DNA of 64,000 nucleotides from Octopus sinensis (lineage: Eukaryota): positions 186,124,001 to 186,188,000 of the forward strand of contig NC_042997.1 of NCBI RefSeq assembly GCF_006345805.1, in the 5' to 3' direction. This document shows, piece after piece, positions 41,013 to 54,729 of the stretch. The notes under the pieces were generated by a model. It was not told the origin of the DNA. It did no database searches and was given only the letters and a program-made list of their open reading frames with translations. Each line of letters starts with the position of its first letter. Position 1 is the stretch's first letter. A program made the position numbers and the translations under genes.

Positions 41013-41554
41013 TCTGTTGCCTGAATATCAGATGATAGGTTTCAGAGTTAATCAGCTGATTAGAATTGCAGTCTTCAAACGATTGTCGCTATGACTATCG
41101 CCCTAGCAACTTCTTCCTTTAAAGACAAGAATTTTCATTTCATCCTTGTATTGACGTAATAGCAGGAAAATCATTAACGCAAGTTTACATTTCACTTTGT
41201 TCCAAAGACCAACTGTGCAAACTTTGGACACTCAGATAGGATAGGTTGAATGTATTAACATGTTAAAGTTCATCATTGTTTGGCCAAACGTAAGCTGTAT
41301 GTTTAACTATATGTTGTGTTTGTAAATAGTACAATCGGTTTTTAAATAGTACTGGCATGATTGTGCGGTTAAGATGTCTTTTCTCAACCACGCGGTTCGG
41401 AACTGATTCTGTTGTATAACTTATATATATATCATGTGAGTGAAATTTAGTAGGCGAAACACGTAGGAGACCGTCATGTGCATATATGTGCGTACGTATG
41501 GATGTGTGTGTGTGTAAGCATGTGTGTACGTATGTATGTATGTGTATACATACA

Positions 41555-41719
41555 GGTGCAGGAGTGGCTGTGTGGTAAGTAGCTTGCTTGCCAACCACAT
41601 GGTTCCTGGTTCAGTCCCACTGCTTGGCACTTTGGGCAAGTGTCTTCTACTATAGCCTTGGGCCGACCAAAGCCTTGTGAATGAATTTGGTAAACAGAAA
41701 CTAAAAGAAGCCTGTCGTA

Positions 41720-41759
<40 letters not shown>

Positions 41760-41990
41760 TATGTATGTATGTGTGTGTATATGTTTGTGTGTCTGTGTTT
41801 GCCCCCCCCCCCAACATCGCTTGATAACCGACGGTGGTATGTTTACGTCCCCGTAACTTAGCGGTTCGGCAAAAGTGACCGATAGAATAAGTACTAGGCT
41901 TACAAAGAATAAGTCCTGGACTCGATTTGCTCGACTAAAGGCGGTGCTCCAGCATGGCCGCAGTCAAATGACTAAAGCAAGTAAAAGAGG
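41555..41990 (+). mobile_element. SINE family A, full length
   Basis: Head, TA array and 3' body. Confidence 0.88.
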
Positions 41991-42012
41991 GTAAAAAAAG
42001 AGAGAATTTATG

Positions 42013-42049
<37 letters not shown>

Positions 42050-42063
42050 TATATGTATATATA

Positions 42064-42234
42064 GGCGCAGGAGTGGCTGTGTGGTAAGAAGCTTGCTAAC
42101 CAACCACATGGTTCTGGGTTCAGTCCCACTGCGTGGCTTCTTGGGCAAACGTCTTCTGCTATAGCCCCGGGCCGACCAATGCCTTGTGAGTGGATTTGGT
42201 AGACAGAAACTGAAAGAAGCCTGTCGTATATATG

Positions 42235-42301
<67 letters not shown>

Positions 42302-42445
42302 CCCCCTAGCATTGCTTGACAACCGATGCTGGTGTGTTTAAGTCCCCGTCACTGGGCTTACAAAGAATAAGTCCCGAGGTCGATTTGCTCGACTAAATTC
42401 GGTGCTCCAGCATGGCCGCAGTCAAATGACTGAAACAAGTAAAAG
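42064..42445 (+). mobile_element. SINE family A, internal deletion
   Basis: Head and 3' body; lacks the AACTTAGCGG...GTACTAG segment. Confidence 0.85.
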
Positions 42446-42639
42446 AAAGAAAGATATGTGTGTGTGTATGTGTGTGTGTGTATGTGTGTATGTATGTGTG
42501 TGCGCGTGTATGTATATACACTGGGCAGTGTTTGAGCTAATTTTGACGACTTCTTATTCTCCTCTTTACCAGGAACGGTTGATGTACGGCATTTTCGGGC
42601 ATAAAGATTAAAGTTGTAGTTGAGAAAAAGTTAGTTTAT

Positions 42640-43265
42640 ATGGAGGACTTGAAGCCATCTGAGTCCTGGAAAACAGTTACATGTATCATGAAGATTCAAG
42701 CTTGATGTCAAAATGTCAATAATATAATTGTTGCTCAATGTGAACACTTCAAAGGCTGTAAAATGTGATATAGTCATCATGAAAACCAAGTTCTCCCAAG
42801 CTGGAACGGTCTTTGTGTGTGTCTTCAGGAAGGGTGACATCATGCCGTCCCACCTCTTGGAATAGAAACTTTGTCTCAATTCAGATGGTATGTGAAGCTG
42901 CTGGAGATTGTTGTCAAATCCTGGCTGAAAAGGATTGCCACTGGAAGGCCATATGTGTGGAAGAAGGATTAGGCTCCTTGCCATACCTCCGGCAAGAGTC
43001 AGAAGTGTTTATCGCAGATATTCTACTTCACCCGCCCTATTTATGGCCGACTACCAACTCCTGTTATATTCCCATAAAATTATTATGTTTAGGGTGCGGT
43101 TGAGAAAGATACCAGCCATTCTTCCTGCAATACCAAAGCCGAGCTGGTGACTAAGATCAAGGAGTTGTTCGAAGATCTTCCCAGAGCCTCAGAAAGGAAT
43201 GCATGCGCCAGATTCTGGAGTTGTCTTCAGGTTGTGGTTGAAGATGAGTATATCTACTTTGAATA
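42640..43265 (+). pseudogene. Tc1/mariner superfamily transposase fragment, maT/DD37D-like
   Basis: Frameshifted translation resembles KTKF...GDIMP...VKPWL..IATGRPYVW..D.APCH...LWP..SP...DY...CNTKAELVTKIKELFEDLP; the subgroup call is from motif recall. Confidence 0.7.
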
Positions 43266-43414
43266 AACCGTGATCTCCCAGCAAGAGACAAGTTGAGATT
43301 TAATACTTTTATTTTGGGAAGGGATATTAAGTTTCCTCTTCCTTTTGTGCAAAGTGAGAAAGTCAACCCGAGCACACACACACACACGCACGCACACACA
43401 CACGCACGCACACA

Positions 43415-43459
<45 letters not shown>

Positions 43460-43739
43460 GATAAAAATAGATGTGTGTGTGTGCATGTATTGTGTCCGCC
43501 TATCTGAAGAAATACTACAGCATCCATATAAAAACTAAAAAGCTAATTCTTGTGTAAAATTTCACGACAAAGACAATGAACGTGGTCCCAAGTCTCTAGC
43601 AGCACTCTGAAGGGAGCTACTGCTCCCTTTCCAACATGTACAAAATCGCATTTCAAAAATAAATAAAAGTTCTATGGGAGAAAATTTTTAAAGGATTAAA
43701 ATATGCCACTTCCAAATTAACAATAAATAAATAAATCTG

Positions 43740-44325
43740 CACCTTGGTCAGCTTGGTTGAGGAACAAGTATTGAAAAAGTTTGAAAAAAAGTTTTTCCAA
43801 GTATAATTTTAAATTGCACAATTGCTGCTTGGTTGTGCGAAAGAGCAGTCATGGCACCAAAGAACGTTACCGTGAATAATTTAAATGAAAGACTCGAGAA
43901 GCTTTTACCAGGAAACGAACATACTTAAATCTATAGATACTGTTATGAATGAATCGGAAATAGTCAATTATCTGGTTGAGTTCTTAAACTCACTGCAGCC
44001 ACCGGGCGCTCCTCCGTATTGCCTTCCATTGAAAATAGGCGCTCCAATCATGCTTCTACGCAATCTTTCTCAACCGAAGCTGTGCAATGGCACAAGACTT
44101 GTTGTCAAGAAATTAATAAGAAATGTCAAACAGACCACAAGAATTTCTAGCTGTAGAAAAGGTGAAGATGTTTTTATTCCTCGCTTACCTTTAATACCTT
44201 CCGATATGCCCTTCGAGTTCAAATGACTTCAATTTCCAAGCATCTGTCTTTGTAAGTTGTTGGTTTGCAATTAGAAGAGGGCTGTTTCTCACACAGTCAG
44301 TTACATATTGGAACAGTCACAGTGG
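43740..44325 (+). pseudogene. Helitron PIF1-like helicase fragment
   Basis: [12 protein letters not shown]...[36 protein letters not shown]...[25 protein letters not shown]. Confidence 0.9.
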
Positions 44326-44339
44326 GGAGATATATATAT

Positions 44340-44830
44340 ATATCTCAACAACTTATAAACAAGGGCAAAAGAAAAAAATTTCTAATGCCAAATATGCCGC
44401 AACTAGACACATCGTCCATAACCATATAATGCATCACTATAATCACGTATTTCGAAGAAAGACGACAGAAATTTCTTTAAAATTCCGTTATTACCATATC
44501 GGACCCGATTTCAGAGTTAATTCATAAGAAACTTTTCTTCGTCAGTGATAAATGTGGCAAAGGAATAAATGAAATACTTACTCATACCCATGGAAGAAGC
44601 AAACACCACGTCATGAGCACAATTAAGTATCCCGAATATATCCAAAATAGAAATTCTCCAGCCCATTCGAGACACGTGCGATTCGAACTGAAAACTTTCA
44701 CAGAGTGAGAGAGTCCGGAAGTGAATTTAAAGGTTAAATTTATAAACAATGGTTTAAAAATTTAACCTTTAAAGGCATTTTTTAATATGCTGGCCATTGA
44801 TAAAATTTTTTCGAAAAACTTTATCCTATA
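44340..44830 (-). mobile_element. TA-flanked Penelope-like terminal-repeat element
   Basis: Contains the hammerhead at 44497-44550; both ends recur rearranged at 59755-59990; 16-bp inverted repeat TTTAAAGGTTAAATTT near 44725-44775. Confidence 0.55.
44497..44550 (-). ncRNA. Type I hammerhead ribozyme motif
   Basis: Minus strand: TATCA-CTGACGA-AGA..TCT-GAAA-TCGG-GTC-CGATA; core intact, one mismatch at the first stem I pair, bulged stem II. Confidence 0.6.
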
Positions 44831-44832
44831 TT

Positions 44833-44936
<104 letters not shown>

Positions 44937-44952
44937 CGTGTGTGTGTGTATG

Positions 44953-45001
<49 letters not shown>

Positions 45002-46440
45002 GTTCCCATATGACGGGTTTCCATACAGTTTCTGTCTACTAAATTCCCTCACAAAACATTTATCGGCCGCGGATTTAGTAGTATGGTCGTATGTAAATGT
45101 AGATAAATACAACCTTTCTTGAAACCATACCATCCAAATCTTTTGATATAGTGTACAAGAGTATGGGATAAAAATATTTTAAACTCTGTAGTAGATTTTA
45201 AATTTCGGCGTTTTTTTTTTTTTTTTCAAAAAATATCTACAATTTATTACTAATTTTAACTCCTATATTCACCATTTTCTTTTTTTTTCACTCATTCAAA
45301 TTATTTCTTTCAATTCTCTCTCTGGTTCACTAACAGCAAACACTTTATCTGGAAAAGGAATCAAAAACCGAATAAAGGAAAAAAAATAAATAAAAATAGA
45401 AAACCATATTCGTATTTACTTAAATCTAGGAAATATAAAATCCAGCTGAAATCACTTAGTTTGCAGACACATGCATCAGAAGTATGCATTCACTCTACTC
45501 TATGTCGAGATTAAACCATACAAGATTAAAATCGTGCCTCTCTTAGAAAGAAAATATATTTTAAATGAATTTGAAAAGAATTGAATAATAATTATGTTTC
45601 ATAGTTTACGGTTTCAAGGAAGGTTTCGGTTTTCAAATACTTTAAATATTTGCAATTATCAGCAATGAGCTGAATTTCTTTGATGATATGGAGTGTTGGA
45701 TAAAATGCAGTATTTTCTTTTTCATGGAATGATGCTGAGAAAAGCAGACTCACATACAAAGCTAATTTTTTTTTAAGCTAACAAAGTTACGTGGGGTTTG
45801 TTATTATCTGCCATTTTGTGGCGTTGAGCAGATGAAAGATATATAAGTATATTGGTCTCTCATAGATTGTTTTCCCCGACAAAATAAAAAATTAGTCAAC
45901 ACAACATTCACCATCGATCTAAGAGCACTTTTCTGCTTGCAATGGTGAATTACACCACATAATTCGCATATTTCCGTCTAGATAGTCTTAGCATTAAGAG
46001 TTACGCATTTCAGTTATAGACATATTACAATACTGGATCAAGGAGACACACAATTTCTCCTGGACCTAGTTCGCAGTCTTTACCCACGTATATTAAAGTT
46101 ACGCTTCACAAATTTCAGTTCATATTTTCTCTATTGTTTCTCTTCCTATTTGTGTAACTTATCCTGCTTTTATACTTTTCACTGTGGATGTTCCTTGGTT
46201 GTAAATAAAGCATTTCATACTGTTATGTGTTTGTAGTAATAAAGTGTTCACACGTCAATGCACAATTTTTAGATACTTATAAAACTTATCAGAAACAGAA
46301 GCCGCTTATATCTGTAAAGAATACAAATGATGGTTATGCCTAGAATGCCTTCTTTGATCATAGCCTTGCTCTATCAAGGCTGGCCTGGTGTTAGACAACA
46401 ACACTAACAAATGTTATTTTTCCATTTAGAAAGATAATAT

Positions 46441-46843
46441 AGGCGGCGAGCTGGCAGAAACGTTAGTACGCCGGGCGAAATGCTTAGCAGTATTTCATCT
46501 GCTGCTACGTTCTAAGTTCAAATTCCGCCGATGTCGACTTTGCTTTTGATCCTTTCGGGGTCGATAAATTAAGTACCAGTTACGCACTGGAGTCGATGTA
46601 ATCAACTTAATCCATTTGTCTGACCTTGTTTGTCCCCTCTATGTTTAGCCCCTTGTGGGCAATAAGGAAATAGGTATTTTGTCTGAGTTCAAATTCTGCC
46701 GAGGTCGACTTTGCCTTTCATCCTTTCGGGGTCGATTAAATAAGTACCAGTTATGCACTGGGATCGATATAACTGTCTTAATCCGTTTGTCTGTCCTTGT
46801 TTGTCCTCTCTGTGTTAGCCCCTTGTGAGCAGTAAAAAAATAG
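46441..46843 (+). mobile_element. Two tandem SINE-B units
   Basis: Full unit ends GGGCAATAAGGAAATA, then a 5'-truncated unit starts GGTATTTTGTC near 46672. Confidence 0.88.
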
Positions 46844-46977
46844 GAAAGATTATGTAGGTGCGTATCATTTATTCTATATTTCTTGATGCTGTTTACCTTC
46901 AACTCTCTTCTAACCGTAAAAAAATTATGCAACCAATGGTACTTCAGCTAGTACAGTTATATCATTTTTAGTTTTGT

Positions 46978-47265
46978 TGTAGTACCGCCACTACTTATGA
47001 CGATACTTGTTTATGCTATCATCGTGTAGTAACAATAAAATATATAACGAAGCGGGGTAACAACAACGTAACACTCCAACAAATCCTCCACGAACTATAC
47101 ACGAACCGACAAACGATATTCCGCACTCAGGCCGCTATTATTTATAGCCAAGTGTATTCTCGCAGGGTATGTAGTGACTCTCGCCACAACATCTCTCCTT
47201 TTGAGATTTCGATTTCCGTTGGAAACGAAATTCATTTTTATAGTTTTTTTTCTTTCTTCCCTACA
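46978..47265 (-). mobile_element. LTR (288 bp) of a Gypsy-like retrotransposon
   Basis: Minus strand TGTAG...CTACA termini, preceded by polypurine tract GGGAGAGG (47266-47273). Confidence 0.75.
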
Positions 47266-47300
47266 CCTCTCCCATTTGAAATTTTGCTTCTCTAGGGAGT

Positions 47301-47790
47301 TCAATCCCTTTTCTGCTTAGGAATTATTTCTAAATGTTCAGTCTGTTTACGTTTTCTGTTACTGCTCCTTCTAAGCTCAATCTGTTTCGGTGCTGCCACA
47401 TCGAACATGTAAAACACTTCTATTGGAATTTCCTTCCTTTCTTCTGTATGTCTGATTTTTGATTGATTTAGGTATTGCTTATGCTTCCATCGTTGACCGT
47501 TTATTAGATACATCATGTTTCCAATTCTTTTAGTCATTACACCATCCTGCCAACGCTCTTTTTTTGTATACTTTGAAATAGACTTTGTCTCCGACGTCAA
47601 AGGGTTTAGTTGAATTTTTTGTATTTTCTCTATGCAATTTTTCCTCTGGCAACAATTTGACAGAGATTGATTTAATATTTCGTGCGAACATTAGCTCTGC
47701 AGGTGATTTGCCGGAACTGGTATCCGGATTGGGTGTTATTCTGTACACTCTTAAGAATTTAGCACTTCGTCATTTCTTAACTCGTTCCTT
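47301..47790 (-). pseudogene. Gypsy-like integrase C-terminal fragment
   Basis: FLRVYRITPNPDTSSGKSPAELMF.R...FDVGDKVYFK...WQDGVMTKRIGNMMY; frameshifted; directly upstream of the PPT and LTR. Confidence 0.8.
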
Positions 47791-48819
47791 GCTTTTTTAG
47801 CGTTTGCTTGAAAGTATCTACGGATCGTATGCTGTGTGCATCTGGTAGCAGTTTTGAATGGAATAGCTACTAATATTGCTTATGATGATGATTATATATG
47901 TAATCATGTATGCATGTATGCATTGTGTAGACATGCATTGCGTATGTATGTTTGTATGCATGTATGAATGTTTGTAGCGATGTATATATTCATGCATCAA
48001 TGTACGTACGCATAAAGTGAAGTCAAAACAGTAAAATTCAACACAGAAAGAAGTACGCAACAACAACAAAAAAAACTACCATGGATACTATATTAGTTGT
48101 GATCTAGACATGAATGTGAAAACCCCTCTGCTGTTTCGGACGTGAGTCTTTCTTCCAAAAGGTGGGGGAAGCTAAAAGGAAAATGGGGAGAACGAGAGAG
48201 GAAAAAAAGAGAAAGAGAGAGAATGCGATAAAGAAAAATGCATGGAAATTTGCCGGAGATTGCCGCAAAAGAATATTCATTGTGATCCAGGCGCGGATCC
48301 AAATTAGCGTTCCCAGGTTGAGATCAAAGTTGGAGTTTATAGCAATATCTAATAATATTAATAGCTGAAATAGCTTAAAGTAGTTTAATGCTGGTTCTGT
48401 TGGTAAATTTCTGCTGTTGCAAGATCTGTTGCCAGTCACATACGCACTTGAATCCACTTACAAGTGTCTTAGCTATGATAGTGTTGGGTTCTACGCAACA
48501 TGGTCAGTGCGGAAATGATTTGATCAAAGACCTACTCAGTTTTTAGCGTTGATCAAAATCTAAACACCGTCCTTAATAAATTGGGTTTAAATTAAATGGA
48601 AGTCTTCAGATGTGTCTAGCGCAGAGAAGGGATTTGGTTATTTACTAAAGAAAGAGTCTGAAGTACGTGGGAGTGAGTGTGTGCATGTGAATGAGTGTGT
48701 GATTCTGTGTATGTGAATGAGTGAGTGTTTCTGTGTATGTGTGTGCGTGTGTTTGCGTGATCAGATATTAGTCGGACATAAACTTTGCCTTTTATTTTTT
48801 GCAAATTTTAAGGATTAAA

Positions 48820-48827
48820 GAAAAGAA

Positions 48828-48879
<52 letters not shown>

Positions 48880-49597
48880 AGGAAAGAAAGAAAGAAATAA
48901 AAATAGTAAAGAAAGACACGGGGAAGGAAAGACAGAGAGAATGAAGTATCGTATGTCTGAAGCATAATATCGTGGAAAGTGAAAGAGTTGAAATGCATTG
49001 TGTAAATAAACTTGGTAAAATAAACAAAATCTTCATTGTAATCATTGACGGAAGGGAAGAAATAAAAGATTTTTTTCTGGCCTCAAGTAAACTGCCAAGA
49101 ACACACTCTTGAAATTCCTTGTGAACAGCAGCTGTATAACAAGATGAAAGACCACTCGTAAATATATCACTGAGTAAACTCACATGTGATGATGTGTCGT
49201 CTATGTATGGTTCTATGTATGTGCTATAAATGTATTTATGTATGTTTGAACGTATGTATGTACGTATGTATGTATGTATGTATGTATGTATGTATGTATG
49301 TATGTATGTACGTACGTACGTACGTACGTATGTATTATGTATGTAATGTATGTATGTTTATTGTATGTATGTATATATTATGTATATATGTATGTATATA
49401 TGTATGTATGTATGTAGATGTATGTATTGTATGTATGTACGTACGTACGTATGTATTATGTATGTATGTATGTATGTATGTATGTATGTATGTAGTATGT
49501 ATGTATGTATGTGTATGTATGTACGTACGTACGTACGTACGTACGTACGTACGTATTACGTATGTATGTATGTAGTGTGTGTGTATGTATGTATGTA

Positions 49598-49628
<31 letters not shown>

Positions 49629-49945
49629 GTATGTATGTATGTATGTGTGTGTATGTATGTATGTATGTGTATGTATGTATGTATGTATGTATGTATGTAC
49701 GTAATGTATGAGTGTGTATATATATATATATATAATTCTAATGTGTTAGTGGGATATTGTTGGCATGTATGTTTCTATACATATACATGTGTGTGTGTGC
49801 ATGTTGTGTGTGTGTGTAAGTGTATGTACTGGGTATTGTATGCGAGTGTGTGTATGTTCCTGTATTTCTGCTCTAGCTCCTCTTTGTTTATAGATATTTC
49901 AGTGTGTACACCATCGTATAATTCTATTTGATCAATAAATACCCT

Positions 49946-49992
<47 letters not shown>

Positions 49993-49999
49993 GACTGTT

Positions 50000-50031
<32 letters not shown>

Positions 50032-50050
50032 GTTCTCTCTCTCTCTCGCT
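48820..50050. repeat. (GAAA)n, (TATG)n and (GTCT)n microsatellite blocks
   Basis: Visible runs. Confidence 0.9.
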
Positions 50051-50097
50051 CGCTCGCTTTGTGTGTGTGTCTGTGTGTATTTGTAAATTTCGATCTG

Positions 50098-50370
50098 TAT
50101 CTTCATATATATGAACGTATAAAGAAAACCGTGTGTAAACGATGCATTGCTGCAAGGAGGACATACGGCTGCACACATATATAAGACAAATAATTTACTT
50201 TTACGCAAATACCACACTTAATACAACAAACATACCTTTTGATCTCTTGTATAATCTACCATGGAACCAAGTCGAAATTTGCACCAAGCAGGTTTCTCAC
50301 AAGCCTGGTCATTCATCAAAATTCAATAGAAAGTCGAATAGTGTTGTAAATTGACTGAAAGAAATTCCAT
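50098..50370 (+). repeat. Unclassified dispersed repeat, second copy at ~54268-54540
   Basis: TCTTCATA.ATATGAACGTATAAAGAAAACCG...GAAAGAAATTC.ATG occurs twice with scattered substitutions. Confidence 0.75.
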
Positions 50371-50425
50371 GTTTTCATTTGATTACTCTGTGTAATATTG
50401 CATTTAGGCACCTTGCTCCACAGTG

Positions 50426-50545
50426 ATGATGCCGTTCAAGAATTTGGACCTGGAGATCTCCATTTCCAGCAACTTCGAGGGCTACCTCCCAGTGGTGATG
50501 GGCGTCAACGAAGAGCCCTCGACTACAACAAGACGACCAAAGTTT
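50426..50545 (+). pseudogene. Short coding-like island of unknown origin
   Basis: 26 of 30 codons at 50432-50521 end in G/C; MMPFKNLDLEISISSNFEGYLPVVMGVNEEP, then the bias continues in a shifted frame as LDYNKTTK. Confidence 0.35.
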
Positions 50546-51261
50546 TTTTTTTTCCAAGGTCTGGGGATCTCCCGCCCCTAAGCCCTAGACCATCACTTAA
50601 TCACACCTACCCGTCTTGTTGCTTAACAGCAACAACAACAACAAGAGTGATGATAGCATACCTACACTAATGAACACTAATGAGATAATCCTCCGATTAC
50701 TTATCGTTATGCAATTATGACATTGAAAAGAAATCGGCAACTATTACTCAACAACATTTTCCTTTTTCCTTATTGTCCCAAAATATGTGATCCATACGCA
50801 TATTTCAAATGTTTATACAATTCAAAGCCTTCTAAATTGCAGTATTCGACTTGAGAGAGTGTCTCTCATAGACGTATAGAGATCTTGTTAAATTTCTTTC
50901 AACCACTTGAAATATTTCGGATTTTCACCATTTTTCTCGAAATTTCTACAGCTTTGTATACTGAGAACGAAAATACTTGTAATTTTAGGAAAAATGATGA
51001 ATGCAATTTTCGTCATCAGCAAGCAAAACTACATCGAAATCACGCTTTTTTGAAAATAATCCGGTGTGAATATTTCAAGTGGTTGGAAGAATTTTAACAA
51101 GACACACGTAAAGTGTTATAAACAATGACGAATATCAACAGCAAGCAACAAATACCGCAGTTTCAACATATATATTTCAACTACAGATACAGAGTGCTAA
51201 TTTTTCTTTTATTCCGATTTGGTCAGAGAAAGAAAAGCAGGATCATGATCCATTTTTTTTT

Positions 51262-51447
51262 TAATTGTTTCAATCATTTTGACTGCGGCCATGCTGGAGC
51301 ACCGCCCTGGGACTTATTCTTTGTAAGCCTAGTACTTATTCTATCGGTCTCTTTTGCCAAACCGCTAAGTGACGGGGACATAAACACACCAGCATCGGTT
51401 GTCAAGCAATGCTAGGGGGACAAATACAGACACACAAACATACACGC

Positions 51448-51539
<92 letters not shown>

Positions 51540-51699
51540 TACGACGGGCTTCTTTCAGTTTCCGTCTACCAAATCCCCTCACAAGGCTTTGGTCGGCCCG
51601 AGGCTATAGTAGAAGACACTTGCCCAAAGTGCCACACAGTGGGACTGAACCCGAAACCATGTGGTTGGTAAACAAGCTACTTACCACACAGCCACTCCT
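51262..51699 (-). mobile_element. SINE family A
   Basis: Reverse complement of family A. Confidence 0.85.
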
Positions 51700-52331
51700 T
51701 CTTTCTGAACCTGGTGAAATGAAGAGAGGAATTTATCCTCAACCCTGTGATCTGGTTCGAGTGCTTGCAACAGAGAGAACATTGCTACCGAAGGACCAGG
51801 ATGGTGGTGTGAAATAGCATGACAGATTAAGTCTGCCACCCAAGAACTCAGAACGCAAACAGCTGGAACAAATACCGTAGGACATCTCATCCGACAAGCT
51901 AAACATTCCGCTAATCCACCACCCAGGGCTGGTACTTACGTTTTCAACTCCGAGCAGATGAAAGGCAAAGCTGACCTTGATGGGATTAAAACTCAGTACG
52001 CAGTGAACCGGAATAAATACTGTAATATATTTTGTCCTACGCTCTAATGATTTTGCCAGCTTGTCGCCATACCAGCAGTAAGAACGTGGCGGTGGTGTCT
52101 TACGGGGTTGATCGACCGGCTAACAGACAACAACTAAATATCCTTCAAATCAAACATACTGTGTTCAACAAAGAATGATATACTGGATGATTTAGTCCTT
52201 ACTAACTCAGTAAAAGGCAAATTACATTGGTTTGAATCGCTCAGTAGTTGGCTCAATCAAGTGTTTACCTGGGAATCAAACAACAACAATCAATCATACT
52301 CGCAATGTTTTCTAGAAGTGCGTACATTATA

Positions 52332-52740
52332 GGCGTAGGAGTGGCTGTGTGGTAAGTAGTTTGCTTACCAGCCAGATGGTTCCGGGTTCAGTCCCACTGC
52401 GTGGTACCTTGGGCAAGTGTTTTCTACTATAGCCTCGGGCCGACTAAAGCCTTGTGAGTGGATTTGGTAGACGGAAACTGAAAGAAGCCCGTCGTATATA
52501 TGTATATTTATATGCATGTGTGTGTGTATGTTTGTGTGTCTGTGCTTGTCCCCCCAAATCGCTTGACAACCGATGGTGATGTGTTTACGTTCCCGTAACT
52601 TAGCGGTTCGGCAAAAGAAAACCGATAGAATAAGTACTAGGCTTACAAAGAATAAGTCCTGGAGGTCGATCTGCTCGACTAAAGGCGGTGCTCCAGCATG
52701 GCCACAGTCAAATGACTGAAATGTGTAAAAGAGTAAAAGA
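52332..52740 (+). mobile_element. SINE family A, full length
   Basis: GGCGTAGGAGTGGCTGTGTGGTAAGTAGTTTGCTTACC head; an uninterrupted version of the Tx1 target. Confidence 0.88.
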
Positions 52741-53744
52741 GTATTTGTGTGCATGCATGCAGTTATATATATGTATGTTTGCGTGCATGTGTGCGTGCGT
52801 GCGTGCGTGCGTGCGTGTGTGTGCGTGCATTCACATGCTCACTCATTCACTCACACACACACACACATAAATACATACACATCAACACTAAAAATATTTA
52901 CATTTTTCTCTAACTTATGAAATATTCTTATTATTGTGGTACAGATGTGGTACAGAGCCGTATAATAATGCATTCAGTGATATTGTAAAGTTCATTTCAT
53001 TTTGACCTCCCATCCCGTTGAGATCACATTTACGCCTTCACATAACTTGGTGACCTTGAATCTATATAAGATATCATCAGCTGTGTGTCTTCGATACTTG
53101 CCGTTGTATTGAATGTATCCTATGTAATATAATGTAATACAAATTCTATGTAATACAAATGCAATACAAATTCTATGTAATACAATGTAATACACATTCT
53201 GTGTAATACAAATGTAGTGCCTACCGCTGCTGTCTTCTGTTTTGCCTACACGTATTTCAGCTATAGAACTTGGATTGCCTGTTTGCTTTAATCTTTATAA
53301 AGACATCTGTTATGAGCTAAAGGACCTACTTTCAGCTTCCATATTCTGGCTATTTCTATTTCCAAATCTATATACTGGAATGGTTCATCTATTTCTTTTA
53401 TAAATAGTATGATGTACAGATATTTCAATCAGGAGGTACTCATTGTCTAGATCAGTGGTTCTCAATATTCATTTTTTATCTATGGGCCCATTTGATTACT
53501 ATCTCCCTCTGGTGGATCCCCATAGCCATTCGATGGTTATAAGCGAGTTTTATAGATACCTCTTTTAAAATTTATATTTTGTAATTCACCTATTAACTTC
53601 TATTGGCTGATCTGTGTAAAACGTCTGAGAAATTAAATTTAGCCATTTGTTACAATAAATACATCTAAAGCAGAGTTTTTCATGGACTCTTAATATACTT
53701 CTGTGGATCTCCAGTTTACTATTTTGCGAGCGTTGTTTCTTTGT

Positions 53745-54022
53745 TCCTTCTCGAGCCACGCCTGGCTCATAAAGGCCGGTTTCCCGATTTCCTTGGCGTA
53801 TAGGTTCCCTACCTGGACGGGACGCCGGTCCGTCGTAGGTGAGCTGCTAGATGCAGGAGGAAAGAGTGAGAGAAAGTTTGGTGAAAGAGTCAGCAGAAGT
53901 TCGCCATTACCTTCTGTCGGAGCCGCGTGGAGCTTAGGTGTTTCGCTCATAAACACTCACATCGCCCGGTGTGAGATTCGAACCCGCGAGTTCGCTGCTC
54001 TAACCACTAGGCCATGTGCCTC
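53745..54022 (-). mobile_element. SINE family C
   Basis: Matches the 4155 and 19330 copies. Confidence 0.85.
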
Positions 54023-54729
54023 CATTTTGCTAGCATGGACTCCCCAAAATTTTACATGGACCCTCCCCCCACCGGGATCATATGGACACTGTTTGAGAAC
54101 CACTGGTCTAGATGATTTTTTTTTTTTTGACAAAGGTCACTTTTCCAAATCTTAGCCCCTTTGTGAACAAGCATGACCCCCTTTGCAACACCATTTTCCT
54201 GACGTAAGTTTATAGAATCTGTTTTTTTATCGGTTACGGTATTTAGACATGTCCCTTTGATTTCTGAATCTTCATACATATGAACGTATAAAGAAAACCG
54301 TATGTAAACGATGCTTTGGTACACGGAGGACATACAGTTGCACATATATATAAGACAAATAATTTACTTTTACGCAAACACCACACTTAATACAACAAAC
54401 ATACCTTTTGATCTCTTGTATAATCTACTATAGAACCTAGTCGAAATTTGTACCAAGCAGGTTTCTCACTAGCCTGGTCATTCATCAAAATTCAATAGAT
54501 AGTCGAATAGTGTTGTAACTTGGCCGAAAGAAATTCTATGACCCCCTTTGCAACACCATTTTTCTGACGTAATTTTATACAATCTGTTTTTATATCAGTT
54601 GCAGTATTTAGATAAGCCCCTTTGATTTCGGAATTAAAGTCTCAGTAAGATTAAGTTTACCACTTTCGTTCATCGTTGATTAAATTTCCGGCCATATGAT
54701 AAATATCTTAAATTAGGAATAATTATTTT

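Noticed and set aside
45791-45814. Possible minus-strand first exon AAAATGGCAGAT...CAC|GTAACT (MADNNKPH)
   Set aside because: Only 24 nt, weak donor, and phase 0 does not join the phase-1 exon at 38002
53110-53220. Short direct-repeat arrays (also 23566-23615, 55518-55595) superficially CRISPR-like
   Set aside because: Two to four degenerate tandem units without unique equal-length spacers, in eukaryotic context with no cas genes; ordinary slippage duplications
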